Origin: Vicugna vicugna
Taxonomy: Eukaryota
DNA length: 64,000 nucleotides
Direction: 5' to 3'
NCBI GenBank assembly: GCA_013265495.1
Contig: MU058781.1
Coordinates: 10,831,009-10,895,008 of the forward strand
Shown: positions 1-13,555 of the stretch, piece after piece
How the letters are laid out: each line of letters begins with the position of its first letter
Position numbering within the stretch: the stretch's first letter is position 1
Notes under the pieces: model-generated
Database searches by the model: none
Seen by the model: the letters and a program-made list of their open reading frames with translations, nothing else
Told to the model about the DNA's origin: nothing
Program-made: the position numbers and the translations under genes

Positions 1-270
1 CCTGGTTGGCTTGACCCCCTGAGATTCCTCCATCACGATTAGAAGAACACACCCTGATTTGCTCCCTGGTCTGAGGAAGATGAGGTTCATGTGGAGCAGA
101 CCTGACCCCAGTCTGCAGCTTGGAGGCCAAGCTAGCCGAGTCCGGACTAGACCAGCCAACGGTCATCTGCATTGCAGATGGAAGAGTAAGAATAAATAAT
201 TGCTGTTTTAAGTCTCTGAATTTTTGGATAGTTTGTTACATAATAACGTTATTGTGGCAAGAGCTAACCA
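1..270 (+). mobile_element. MaLR LTR 3' part (MLT1-type)
   Basis: Typical MLT1 end: aataaataattgctgttttaagtctctgaatttttggatagtttgttac...ttgtggcaagagctaac. Confidence 0.75.
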
Positions 271-1744
271 CATTGCCCAAGTAATTGTTTCCCCACATTA
301 TCACTCTATAGAGAAGTTCTTGTATAATTGCTTCATTATGTGTTGTGCAGAGGAAATTAGTAGGCATAAACCATGCCTAATAGGACCTTGTTATGGAGAC
401 ATAGAACAAGTGCATGGGCAGATGAGTAGCAGGTATGAAGCCAATGATATGAACACATTGGATATATTCCTACGCGACAGAATGGTTAAGCTACTTGCTT
501 TACTGCAGAGGAAAATCAGTATCTGATAAGGTTTGATGAAATTTGAAAGCAACTTATAATCAGACTGGTGATGGTTTAGGTAAGAATGAATGGATGAACT
601 CCCAATTGCCTTCATTATGATTTTGTAACTCTATGACTATATTATTGCTCAACCCAGAGACAGCCTGCCTCAGGGAGTGGGATAATAAATTATCTTCAAA
701 AAATAAAAAATAAAGTATCTTCAACTACATGAGCTGCAGTGGTCAAGATGAGTCCAAATTGGAGGGGAAGTTCTGCGGAGTTTTAGAGAAAAGGAGAAAG
801 TAGAGCTTTTGATTCTGATTCACGTCCAGCAACTCATCCAATTACATTTTAACTAGCCCTTCAAATTAATTTTGAACAATTTTGCAATCAGTCACTTCAT
901 GTGTTGCCTCCTCTTTCTATATCTTGTCCTTCTTCTTCTAAGGTAGAACCCCAAAAATAGACTGTGGGTTGAAAAGTTGCAAAGTATGTTTCTCTCTCAC
1001 AGTTCATTAAAACCAACACTTGTTAGAAGGCTTTTAAAGGGTCCGAGAGCAGTCATGACCCTGGCCTGTAGGTATCACCTCGAAGGCACATCCATTTGAA
1101 TGGGCTCAGGCTCCATAGTCTGGAGTCTGAAAGACCCCTTCACCTCAAGGCCAATCATTTATCACCGCCGGCAGTCTCTCAGCCAAATAATTCAAAGTAA
1201 AGAGGAGCATTTTTACTGCTACAATAAAGACTGATCTCTGTACCTCAGACCTTTTTTCAGTTTGGGGAAAAGAATAAGATTAAAAAAAAAAAAACTCTAT
1301 GTTTCATGGTTCACATCCCCTACTACAAATTCAACTCAAGGCCCTTGAGAAGAGAAGATCACCCAGTTTGTCAACCCTTTGATCAGAGGACGAATTATAC
1401 CATAAACTGTAAGATCGAGGCAGCGCTGGATCCTTGGCAAAATTACCAAGTTGAATTTTAGTGTCTTTTCCTTTATCTTTTCAGCTCCTGCTGTTCTCCT
1501 TACACAACTCTCAACCTCATCGCCTCTGTGACCTCTTGTGGTTCCCTTTTCTCTAGGTGTCAGAAAAGCCCCTCCACCGCAGAGACTCCTCCTGGAACAA
1601 TGTATCTATGAGGTTTCCCTTTCCTACTTAACTTTACACCACACATTTCATTGTTTCTTTTTATTATCTACTACTATGCATAACTTACAAATTCAAACAC
1701 ACGTTTATTTTAGCCCCAAATAAATGTATATATGTGGTACAGGG

Positions 1745-1920
1745 GAAAGACTAGCTTAGAAATCTGATAGACCTAGGCTTGAATTTGGGTTTTAATAGTA
1801 GCTGTGTGATTTCTGAAGAAATGTCTGAAGTTTTTTCAATCATGTCTGAAAAAGGAAATAATATTTACTTTACAAGGTTATTGTGACTATTAAGAGCGAT
1901 ACTATACAAAGTGGCCAATA
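1745..1920 (+). mobile_element. MIR SINE
   Basis: Degenerate MIR core (tagctgtgtgat...aaaaggaaataatatttactttacaaggttattgtga). Confidence 0.6.
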
Positions 1921-4601
1921 AAGGGTATAGTATTTAAATATATTAGTAAGAGTATATTATTACAATGGAAATATAAAGTATAGTCTATCTAAAACCTAAA
2001 TAAGGTCACTTTCTATGCACTTTGGGAGCCTAATATCTTTCCAAGTTTTCTATGAATTCTCTGCAGGCTGATACACTCATGATAGCCTTACCTGTAGTTC
2101 TGAATTCTCCCTCTACTAAAATAATTCAGTTCATAATAAGTGCATCACCAAAAAAAGCTCCATTTTTAAATTTACACATCATATGCATATTGCAAAGAAA
2201 AAATGGAATATATAACAGACTTGAATACTTAGTGAGACAGTGAGGGTTTTTTTTTTTCCCCAGGAATAGAGACAATTTCAATTAAATTTTCGATTAAAGT
2301 TCTTGAGCCAACCACTGTGATGCTCTGCTGTCTTGGTGCCCTCTTCATCCACATTAAAATTCTCATATATTTCTAAGATAAAACTAATATCTGTTAGTTT
2401 ATTTACTCATTAATATTTCCCTCAGGGTCTCAGCTTCTATCCCAAAGTTTTACTTATGTGGTTTCTTAAATAATGATGGTTTCTTCATTCAAAAGAAAAA
2501 TGCTTAGGAAAATTGAATTAACTTTTTGAAAATTCTGTGATCTTATTTCTTTAAATTTTAATCTCTTTAAAAAGTTTCCACCCAGTACCTGCTCAGATAT
2601 TAAACACGAGCAATGGAACAGGAAACTAGTTGGTGGGAAGTAGCCGTCACAGACCCTTCAAATCCGACTGCGGAAGTGGATAACTGCTTCTTGTCACAGG
2701 GCTGCCAGCCAACATTTTCTCTTTAAGGAAGGCACCCATGGTTATTCTCTTCTTACTGTCACAGGCTTTGTCTTAATATTTGTTCTTTTTGTTTTGTTTT
2801 ATTTTGAATGGCCGATCATGGCCCCCCTTTCCATCTCCCAGCTAGACACATATGAAGACTTTTGGTCTCTCTGGGAGCCGACTGAAATGTATATGTATAT
2901 ATAATATACATACATACATACCACACATACACACATAGTATTATATTTATTATATTAATTGCTTATATTATACCAAATATGATTTGATACAACAAATATT
3001 ATATTATGTTATACAGATGCGTATTAAAGGGGCATTCTAAGTTCTGACTCAACTTTCTCAAGGCACCAGAATAGGAGTTCTAATAGATGGGTTCAGTTGG
3101 TAGAAAAATAATTCTAAACAAAGCAATACAATGTTTAAAAGACCACTTTCAAGTCACAAATAACAGGAGGCCAAACAGTACTGTTTAGATTACTGAAAAA
3201 GAAGGAACACAGTTTGACAGAAGATGCCCAATTAGCACTTAATAAACATTTAGCTTACAATAAAAATGAAATGAAGATATTTGCAGATCCTTTTAGTGTT
3301 ACATTATCTTAGCTAATATATGTGTTAAAGTTTGCACAAAACTATTTCTTCAAGTTCTAATTAAGTTGTCAGTGAAATAAATGATAGGAGGCACCTTCTC
3401 AGCTCTGTTGATTTTATAAGATCTAAATTAAAACTCCACTATCATTTTTGCCTTATGCTTGTTAAGGTCATGACAAATTCACTATCATAAAGTAGAATTT
3501 AATTAAAGATAACGAGACAAAATATTTACCCAGATCACATATTGTTCAATCAAACATAATAGATTGGCGGAATTAAATTTGTGAATCGAAATTTCTTTTT
3601 ACCCAAAATGTATGTATGTATGTACTACTCACGATTTCTGGAAAAAATAATCATAAACCAACGAGATGATTTCCTTCTGCCACATGTGCGTTGTCTTTTC
3701 CAATTGCTAATTATATTTTGGCAAAATATGAATCACGCATAAATCCCACACTGACTAGTTTTTAAAATAAGTCAAATCAAACTGAATTATCATTCTCCAT
3801 GCAATTTTAATATTATTAGAGCCAAAACAGGTAGGGAAGCATCATAAAAATAAATATTTTAGATTCTCTTCTCTCTCTAGGTGCAGAGCCTTCACCCAAA
3901 ACACTTTGCTCAAAAATTAGGAGGGTTAATATAGCATTCAATCCTCAGGAACATTATAATATAGTTCCTTAGAGAGTCTCATATGTATTTTTTATAGCTT
4001 ATAATATATTTAAAAAGTCACCTTTAAAAAAATTCCATTTACTCTGGCACTTTTTGGAAATATTTATCTATAGTTACGTAAACTACCTGTCATGTTACTG
4101 TTGTGCCTTCTAATAAATTAAAGCACTTATCTGATGTATTCTAAAGACTATTGTTTTGGGTTGGGAAGGGATATCAAGGTATAGAATCATACCACTGAGA
4201 CAAAGGAAAGAATTCTAACTAGACAACTTCTCGAGAAGTCATTTCACACAAATCCCTTCCCACTTCACCTAATAAAAAATAATGAAGTAATAAAATAAGC
4301 CTCAATTCTTGGACATTTCACGAGAATTAGATATGAATGAATTTTCCAGCTATCTGAGCTTATTTTGAAGTCAAATAAATCAAACGTCTCTTTTTGGTAA
4401 AAAAAAACTGTGTTAAACACAAAAAAAGAAAAAGATAAGCAAGATATAGATCCTGCCCTTAGCAATCAGAGATGTATAAACAAATACTCAAAGTAGAAAG
4501 CAGACTAAATTTATCCCTGAAGTTCCACTAAACAATAGAAGATAGAGAGGTTGCACAGTAAATTACATCTTTGGGGAGTAAAAGAGAGAACTCTTTGAAA
4601 G

Positions 4602-4647
4602 TTTATTTTATTTTATTTTATTTTATTTTATTTTATTTTATTTTATT
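4602..4647. repeat. (TTTTA)n microsatellite
   Basis: About 9 perfect units seen directly. Confidence 0.95.
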
Positions 4648-5084
4648 AGTAGTGGTGATTTTTCTTTTCATAAGGGTCTTTGGAAATGTTTCATAAAGTA
4701 TTCTGGAAACAAATGACTCGGTAGAATCATTATGAATGTCAATGACTGTAATGTGCATTCAAAGAATTCTTAAGGACTATAGACAATTATAGAAATAATC
4801 ACCCATACACTAAATGGTCCCCCAATTGTGTAACTTCTGAATTATCACATCTACTTTTCCTTTGTCTTTCTTGTCTCTCACACGGCTGGAAGTATCTTTC
4901 GTTACCAAACAATTCTCCCACTTCCTTCTAATATACCATTTATAAAAGACAAAAGTTAAAAAAAATTAATAATTTTTATATTCTTCTAGTTTAGAGTCTC
5001 AGTTCTAACTGAGAAAGAGAACTAAGTGAGGTGGTTTGGGGGTTTTCTAATTTTTTTCAATATGACTCTTCCTTCCTGATCCAA

Positions 5085-5190
5085 ATATTTCTGATTCAGA
5101 AGGTCCAAGGTCCAAAAGGATCTGTTGTTTTTTTTTCAAACTCCTTGGGTAACTCAAGTCTGATCCTCATTTTAGAGTTACTGCTCTATT
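5085..5190. mobile_element. MER5-like hAT-Charlie fragment
   Basis: ttctgattcagaaggt...aaactccttgggtaactc...tttagagttactgctcta. Confidence 0.45.
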
Positions 5191-5765
5191 ATTTTTAAAA
5201 GCATCTGATCTAAAACAACTATACAATATTTAACCAAAAAATAAAAAAAAGAAGGTGGCCTTTTTCAGAACTTTTGAATTAATGTTTTGTACCTAACCCT
5301 AAATTATTTCACCCTGACTAGAATGCAGCAAGGGCATTTTCTTTTTAGAAGTACTCGTTCATAGAATAGCAACCCCATCATGTGGTATTTTGCTGAAACT
5401 GCTTCTAGAGGCATATTTGGTTTAAGTGTATTTTCATATTCAAAAGCAAATTTTTAAAAATTCTTCAATTTATTTACTCATTCAACATTTATTGAGCAGA
5501 TATTATATGGTAGGCATAATACTAGGTGCTCAACAAGAAAACTGAAAATCAATACTGGTAATCTACTCACACCTGTGTTGAAATCTATACATTGTCAAAA
5601 ATAAAGCTGGTTGACCCCGAGATATTGATTAATACAATCCTATCCAAATTACCAGATTCTTTTCATTAAAATCTATGATTTGTGGCAGTTTGAACTCCCT
5701 AAAAAGTCTCTTTAATCAGAGTTAGGACAAGACTAGTTAATTGCTGCACCAGGATGACTTATTAC

Positions 5766-6134
5766 CCTAACAGTGGACCATGTTGGAGAAGGCTGCTCTC
5801 CGCAGGATGATCTGGGAGTGCCTGGTGGGTTAGAGACTTGGGAGAGCTGAATTGCTCTGTGTATTAAAGATGATGAAGGGCTATCTGTTTCCGAGGGGTC
5901 TTACTTAGTGTGCCATAGGTGAGTTTAAACTCAATTTCCTGTGGCACTGATTCCATCTTCATCTTCCTGTGGGTGTTGGTCCTTCTGACAAGGGAATCTA
6001 TTCAGATCTTATTTGCAAAAATGGAGGCGTGATCAGGTAAGGAACTCCTAGGCTCACACGCAATGAAAATTGACTCTATTCTCTTGTTCTTCCTTTTACA
6101 TTTATAAATCAGTTTTGTTGTCTCAAAAATACAC
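5766..6134 (-). pseudogene. Possible downstream exon remnant (Ser/Pro-rich tail)
   Basis: Acceptor ttcttatctcag, donor G|GTAATA. Reads PSETDSPSSSLIHRAIQLSQVSNPPGTPRSSCGEQPSP in unique sequence. Confidence 0.3.
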
Positions 6135-6176
6135 CTGAGATAAGAACTCTCAGAAAAGAATAGCTCACTCTTCAAA

Positions 6177-6478
6177 GGCTGCCCTGTCCAGTAGGTATCC
6201 CTCCCCATGTGTGATTATTGAGCACATCTAATGTTACCAGTTGTAACTGAGATGTATTATGTCAAATACAAGAAAATTTCAGACTTAGTATGAAAGCGTG
6301 CTTTAATTTCTCATTAATAAGTTTTATGTCAGTTAAGGTTGAAATGGTAACTGGGCTAAGTAGATTAAATTACTAAAATTAACTTTCCATATTTCTTTAT
6401 ACTTTTTTTTAATGTGACTGCTGGAAAATTTTAAATTAAATTTATAGTTCTATTTTTATTTCTATAGGATAGCACTGG
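6177..6478. mobile_element. MER33/MER3-like hAT-Charlie MITE
   Basis: Terminal ctgtccagtag...ctataggatagcactg with internal gtaactgagatgt and aatgtgactgctggaaaattt motifs. Confidence 0.6.
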
Positions 6479-7193
6479 AATAGATGATTTAAAGTAAAAG
6501 CTACAAATAACATAACATTAAAAATTGTCTTCACAGCTGATCTAACTAATGAAAACTTAACATAACCATTCGGTTTTAAGTTAACAAGATATAAAAAATG
6601 TTAATGTATATTATTAGTAAGGCCTGGTGAGATAAGCATGCTTACATATTAATGATGAGGTTATAATTTGTTTAAAATCTTTCTGGAAAAAAATTGGAAA
6701 TACATTTAAAAGTCTTTACAATATCAATTCCCTTTTACTATAAGAAAGTGGTCAGATTTACATGTACAAATGTATGTACAAAAGATGTTCGTTGTGGTAT
6801 TACTTATTTTAGGGACATATTACAATAATCTGTACAGTAAAAACAAGGAAATATTTAATAAATTCTTCCTCTTTATCATTTTTATACTTTACTCTTTATC
6901 CTCAATAATATTTTTGTCCTGGGATATAATTTGTTAGCCTGGGGTACAATTTGTTGTGATTAGTATTTGGAGATTGTATAAATTTCCATCCTCTTGCTTT
7001 TAATATATTTGAGTTTTCATGTTTTAAGAACATTTCTTGTAGACAGCTTGCAGTACAGTTTTATTTTTTATTTTTTATCCATTCTGACCATTTCTGCCTT
7101 TTTATTAGAAGGTTTAGTTCATTTACACTCAATGTAATTATTGATATGGTTGTACTTTGGTGTAGCACATCACTATTTAAAAATTTGTCCCAT

Positions 7194-7781
7194 CTGCCAT
7201 ATATCTGGAGAAATATATACTTTGAAAAGACAAATGCACCCCAATGTTTACAGCAGTACTATTTTTAATAGCCAAGACATGGAAACAACCTAAATGTCTA
7301 TCGACAGATGACTGGATAAAGATGATGTGGTATATACACACACACACACACACACACACATACATACACAATGGAATATTATTCAGCCATAAAAAAGAAT
7401 AATTCTATTTGCAGCAACATGGGTGGATCTGGAGATAGTCATTCTCAGCGAAGTAAGTCAGAAAGAGAAAGAAAAATACCATATGATATTGCTTATATAT
7501 GGAATCTTTAAAAAAGACAGAAATAAACTTATTTACAAAACAGAAACAGACCCTCACAGACATAGAGAACAGACTTATGGATACCAGCAAGTAAAGAGAG
7601 TGAGAAGGGATAAATTGGGAGTTTGAAATTTGCACCTCTCAGGGAGTGATGGAAATGTTAGGTATCTTGATTGTGGTGGTGGTTTCAAAGGTGTATACAT
7701 CTATCAAAATTCATCAAATTGTACATCTGAAATATGTGTAGTTTACTGTACAGAAATTATACCACAATAAAGTTGTTTAAA
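7194..7781 (+). mobile_element. Chimeric L1 insertion (young L1 3' region plus old L1M 3' end) with a 15-bp TSD
   Basis: AAAAATTTGTCCCAT at 7179-7193 and 7782-7796; ORF2 C-terminal peptide MDLEIVILSEVSQKEKEKYHMI. Confidence 0.85.
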
Positions 7782-8283
7782 AAAAATTTGTCCCATTTGT
7801 TCTTTTTTTCCTTGTCCCTACCCCTCTTCTGCTTTCACTTGGTTGAACTGAGTATTTTTAATCTACTCTTTTGATACATTAGTATAGGTCTTTGTTTATT
7901 TTTATTTTTGCTGGTCACTCTAGAGTTTACAGTAGCATCCATAAGTTTTCACAGTATATCATTAAATGCTATGCCACTTCATGTATAATGTAAAAACCAT
8001 ATGCTTCAATTTACCCCTTTCCAGATTTTGTGCTCTTATTGTGATTCACGTTGCCTCCACATAAGCTACAAACACCATAGTACATTGTTATCTTTATTTT
8101 AGTCAATGCTTTTTACTTTTATTTTAGTCATCATACAGTAAAATTAACTTTAATTCTTGTGTATAGTTCTTTGTATTTTAACACATGCATGTATTTGTGT
8201 AACCACCACCATAATCAGAATACAGAAAAACTCCAAACTTCCCCCAAACCTCCTATGCTTCTAATTTGTAGATATGAACATCC

Positions 8284-8781
8284 TGTGATGGTTAATTTTA
8301 TGTATTAACTTGACTGGGCCACAGAATGCTAAGATATATGGTCAAAAATTATCCTCAGTGTTTCTATGAGGGTGTTTTGGATAAGTTTAACATTTAAGTC
8401 AGTAGTAAAGATTACCCTCCCTAATGTGAGAGGGTCTCGCCCTGTCAGCTGAAGGCCTGAACAGAAGAAAAGGCTGATCTTCCACTTAGAGAAAATTTCC
8501 TCCTGCCTAATGGCCTTTGAGTAGGTACATCAGTTTTTTTCCTGCCTTCAGACGTAAACTGAGACCTCAGCTGTCCTGGAGTTTCAGTTCTGCTCCACTT
8601 TTCAGGCTGAAACTCCACCACCAGCTTTCCTGGGTCTCCAGGTTTTGTCAAGTCACCCTGCAGATCTTGGGACTTGTCAGCTTCCATAATTACATGAGCC
8701 AACTCCTCATAAAATATACACATACGTATACACACATGTCTCCTATTGGTCCTGTTTTTCTGGGGGACCCTGACTAATACA
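8284..8781 (+). mobile_element. MLT2 (ERVL) solo LTR
   Basis: tgtgatggttaattttatgtattaacttgactgggccac...ccctgactaataca. Confidence 0.85.
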
Positions 8782-10001
8782 CACATGTCCACAACCCCTA
8801 ACTCCTGGAAGCGTCTGATCTGCTCCCCATCACTACAGTTTTGTCTTTTTGAGAACCTCATATAAATTAAATAATAGCACATATAACCTCTTGAGATGGA
8901 CGTCTCTCACATAAAATAATGCATTTGAAATTTATCCAAGTTGTTTAGTGTAAAAATAATTTGTTCCTTTCTACTGCTCACAATATTTTATTTTATGGAT
9001 ATGCAACAGTTTGTTTATCCACTCACTAGCTGAACAGCATTTGAATATTTTCCAGTTTTTGACAATCATGAATATAGAGGCTATGGACATTTGGGTATAA
9101 GGTTTTGTGTGAGCATAAATTTTGATTTCTCTAGGGCAGATACCCCCAAGTGGGATTGATGGGACACATGGTATGTGTGTGTTTAACCTTATAAGAAACT
9201 GTCAAACGATTTTCCAGTGACCATACCATTCTTAGTTCCCATCAGCAATAGATGAGAGTTGCAGGTGTTCTCTATCTGCGTCAGCACCTGGTATTGTCAG
9301 TATTATTTATTTTAGCCACTCTAATACATGTAGAGTAGTACTTCATCATGGTTTCAGTTTGGATTTCCTGAACGGTTAATATTATTGAAAATCTTTTCAT
9401 TTTATTTGCCATATTTGTATACTCTGTGTTTTCTGCCTATTTTTAAAATTAGGTTGAATATTTTCTTATTATTGAGTTTTGAAAATTCTTTAAATATTCT
9501 GGATCCAGACTCTTTGTCACATATGAGATTTGAAAGTATTTTTCCCAGTCCATAGCTTGTCTTTTTATTCTCTTAACAGTGTTTATCAAGAGCAGAAGAT
9601 ATTAAATATTTATAAAGTATAATTGATTAATTTTTTATTCATCATGCTTTTGATGTCATGATGGGATAAAATAATTGTTTAAAATAAAAATGTATAACAA
9701 TAAAAGAAATAAAAAGAGAAAGGTAAAAAGTTCTTCTATATTTACTTATCCTTACCCATTTCATTCCTATATGTAGGTCCAGATTTTTATGTAATATCAT
9801 GTTCCTTCAGCCAGAAGATTTTCCTCTGAGTTTTTTTGTAATGCACATATACTGGTGACAAATTATCTGAGCTTTTGTTTTTCTGAAGTTTTTATTTAAA
9901 CTTTACTCTTATAGACTATTTTCACTGAAATATAAAATTGTAGATTGGTTCTTTTTTTTTCTTCTTCCAGAATTCTAATGTTACTGTTCTAGTTTCTGGC
10001 T

Positions 10002-10151
10002 TAAATTTTTAAGTAAAAGGTTCACAGTCATTCTTAAATATTTTCCTTTGCATGTGATGTGTGTTTTTTCTCTGACTAAATTTTTCAATAAAAGGTTTAC
10101 AGTCATTCTTAAATATTTTCCCTTGCATGTGATGTGTGTTTTTTCTCTGAC
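10002..10151. repeat. 75-bp tandem duplication (2 copies) inside L1 ORF1
   Basis: Copies at 10002-10076 and 10077-10151 with 4 mismatches. Confidence 0.9.
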
Positions 10152-11632
10152 TGCTATTAATAGTTTCTTCTTATTACTGGTTTTAAGCAATTTAATTGTT
10201 GTGTGCCTTTGGTTTTCTCTGTGTTAACACTGCTTAGGTTTGTTGAGTTCCTCAGATGTGTGGCTTGGTAATTTATACCACATTTAGAATGATTATTTTA
10301 AAAAAAAATTTGACCCTCTTCTTCTGCAATTCCAATTCCAATTCCAGTTGACTTCTTTTACATTTTGCATTCTGACTTCCTTTACATTTCTCCATACATA
10401 ACTGAGCTCTATTTTTTTAACCCTTTTCTTCTCCCTGTACTTCATTTTGCATATTCTTAATTACACTGTCCTCAAACTCACTGATTTTTCCTTTTTTCTT
10501 TAGTATCTAGCCTTCTCTTAAAACCACCCAATGAGTTACACATTTTAAATATTGTATTTTTCATTTCTAGAAATTCTAGTTGGGTGTGGCTAATATTTTT
10601 AATTTCTATCTTCATAATGTTTATGTTTGACTTTGTGTATTAATACTTAATTAAAGTAACTATTATGATGCTAATTCCTTTATCTCTGTCATTTTGAGGT
10701 CTGTTTCTATTGCCTAGTTTTTCCCCTGGTTAACAGACACTTTTTCCTGCTTCTTTGCATATCTATGAATTTTCCTTGGATACTAGAAATTGTGAACATT
10801 ATGTTGTTAAATGTTTGAACTTTCTTTTAAAAGTGTGGGATTTTGGCTTGGCAGTCAGTTTGTAAAGCTTGTTTTCATGATTTGTTTTGGCAGTCAGTTT
10901 TTAAGATTGGTTAGAATAAGGTAAAAGTAACCTTTACTCTAGGGACAGTTCAACCCCATGTCTCTACTGAATGCCCAAGGTATTCAGTGTGGTCTCTCTA
11001 CTCTGGCTAGTTGGCACGCAAGCCTCTTCTAGTCCTGTGTAAGCCTTACGAGTGTTTCAACTTATTCCTTCCTAGTACTTGCTTGTCTGTATGGTTTTGT
11101 GAAGTTTCAGTCTGCAGATGTGGAGTGAGGCATCCCAGCACATTTTCTCTTCATGGCTCCCGCCCCTTCAATACTCTGCCCCATCTCAACCTTCTCAAAC
11201 AGAACTGCCTGGTGTCCAATATCTGTCAACAGCTGGTTCATATATTTTGCTCAATTTTTCCAGTTGTTTATGGCAGAAAGACAAGTCTGGGTGATACCAG
11301 TTACTCCAATCTGGATGGAAGTAGTTGTCACAGATAGCTATTGTTTTGTGCAAGAAAAATATAAGGGTTTGGAGAGTCCAATAAGGCATGATACACTGTA
11401 TTTAAAGTAAGATACATAGCTCCATAACCACAGCAAATGTCAGTCTTCTAAAAAAAATTAAAACTGGAAAAACCTAGTTAATATATCTGTCCATTCAGAT
11501 TAAAAGAAGTAATATAGCAATTTTGAAATTTTTTCAAGAGTTTACCCTTGAAAAGTGGTATTCCATCTGGTATCACAGAAAACAGGACCTCCCTTAAGCA
11601 GTATCAAATTCTGGGGATAAAATTTATTTCAC

Positions 11633-11889
11633 CCTGAAGGCACATAATTTAGAACGCCTCTTGCAAAGTGATTATTGGGCTTATGTAGTAACTGTCCAAA
11701 AGCATTTACACAGCTAAGGTTTGCAAAACACCTGCACAATGTGGTGGTCTCCCCCTCTCCATCCCCAGCAAAATTGGGACTCTGAGTGATCACAAACACA
11801 TGGCATGGATGCATTTCAAGTAACAAAATGGACACCATATTTATTTGTTTATGAAGCCTCTGAGTGTAGCAAGCCTCCTTCTTGCTCTG
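11633..11889 (-). pseudogene. Possible downstream exon remnant with a C1-domain-like His/Cys pattern
   Basis: Reads HFVT*NASMPCVCDHSESQFCWG, then LCRCFANLSC in another frame; donor G|GTGAAA. Confidence 0.35.
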
Positions 11890-13091
11890 CTACATGTTCC
11901 ATTTAGGAAAATAAACACATCAGTGGTCACATTTCATTCTCTTTGGGGTGAAGATTAGAGAGAGGACATAAGAAATCTGTAGACCCGTAGGCTTTTAAAA
12001 CGAGTGTCACTGACTGTCACAAATATAAAGGTATTTACTTTTACCAATATTATTTCATTTTCAAAAAAAATCCGTACAAACTGCCTCTAAAACTAGAATG
12101 CATTTTCAAATAAAACTGCAAGACTCTTTTTGACAGTCTACTTAGAAATCACTAGCATATTTTTTAAGAATTTTGCTTCAAACCATTTGCAACGATTTTT
12201 CATTTCACCTTTTCTTAATGGTAAATTATTAATATTTTTATAAAAATGCTTAATGCTTTCTGGGCTCATAATATAACTTTTTGTATGGTTGTCCTTTCCT
12301 CATATTTCAAAAATGCATTAAAACTTAATTTTACATTTGCCATGTCATTGTTCAGGCTGACATGCCATTAAACACAGTTTTTATTTATTTGTATTGTAGA
12401 ACTTAATCAAGCTTTCCACTGTGAATATGAAGGTAAAAAATAAGTGAAATGATTTTCTTATTCCCCTCAAGAAAATAAAATTTCACATGGAACAGTATTT
12501 AAGTGAAATAAGCATTGTGCTTCTCTCAAACATACTGATTAAGAATAAATACTTTATCCTCAATATAATCTGCAATAACTTTAGAATCATTTTCCATTGT
12601 CTGAATACTAAAAATGTATTAGTCACAGCTTGGAACTTGACTAAGAATAGCCCAGTTTTAAGTGTCACAGCATGGGGCAGTCTGAGAAAAGCTAGCACCT
12701 GGGACTGGCCCAGCCCATTGGCGAGGGAGAATTATAAAAAGACATTCTCACTACAGATGCTGAGAGGAAGCCCACTCTGGCAGGAAGTAATATGTTCACC
12801 AGAGGCCACACAATGCAGGGAGCATCAGGAAATCTCACATAAAGCCACATGGCTACCAGTGCAGGAGGCATCGATGTGTAGAGGCATCATCAGAGCTAAG
12901 AAATGCAAGAGCAGATTAAACAAATGCCAGCATACATGCCATTAGCACTGACTTCCTCCCAGAAACTGAATTTATTGGCATTACCAAGAAAAGCACAGAA
13001 GCAGAGTTCAAGAGATAAAAACCCAGTTATGTGACCTGGGGCAGAGTAAGCCTGGAATCCAAGTCGAAACTGCAGCAGCTATAAAAGGTAC

Positions 13092-13218
13092 CTTTATGTT
13101 GCATCCTACAGTGGAGGTTAAGAAAGTTGTTAAAATTATTCCACATAATGTTCGAATTAACCGTACAGACTGGGACAACTCTAGGCGGTGTGGCTTTGCT
13201 GTGAAGAAGTAGAGTACT
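13092..13218 (-). pseudogene. Possible downstream exon remnant
   Basis: Acceptor tgtatttatcctag, donor AAG|GTACCT; open in the phase expected from the PH exon. No domain match. Confidence 0.3.
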
Positions 13219-13247
13219 CTAGGATAAATACAGCCAGCGTTCTATCG

Positions 13248-13555
13248 TTGATCGGAAATAAACAGACTTCCAGATATTTCTCCAATGGAGATGGGTTTAC
13301 TGGGGATCAACAGAGAACTGCAAATCAGGGTCTACAGCCATGTGATCCATGAGCAAGTTCCCATACTACAAGAAAAGAAGAACGCTTTTATAGAGAAGAA
13401 AAGGAAGTTGGAAGGTCAACAAAGAATCCATTGCTTTTTGTTGGCTGAGTCCTTAACAGGAAAGAATAGTCTTCTTCCTGGTGGGCTCTGCTAACAGCAG
13501 GGTGTGAGAGCTCTCCCAACTCTATTTAATTAAGGTTTCTTTTTACAAACACTTT
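13248..13555. mobile_element. Probable LTR-type interspersed repeat
   Basis: tgatcggaaataaacagacttccagatatttctcc...ttggctgagtcctt resembles an artiodactyl solo LTR as recalled; family not identified. Confidence 0.4.

Larger units (their letters stand above)
6880..11330 (-). mobile_element. Old L1M elements (ORF2 5' part, 3' UTR piece, ORF1) with nested insertions
   Basis: L1 endonuclease-region antisense motifs at 7076-7150; L1MB/MC-type 3' end at 8100-9660; ORF1-like peptide KKKLLIAVREKTHITCKGKYLRMTVNL. Confidence 0.7.

Noticed and set aside
12487..12945. 152-aa plus-strand ORF
   Set aside because: No recognisable domain or splice context; probably a chance ORF.
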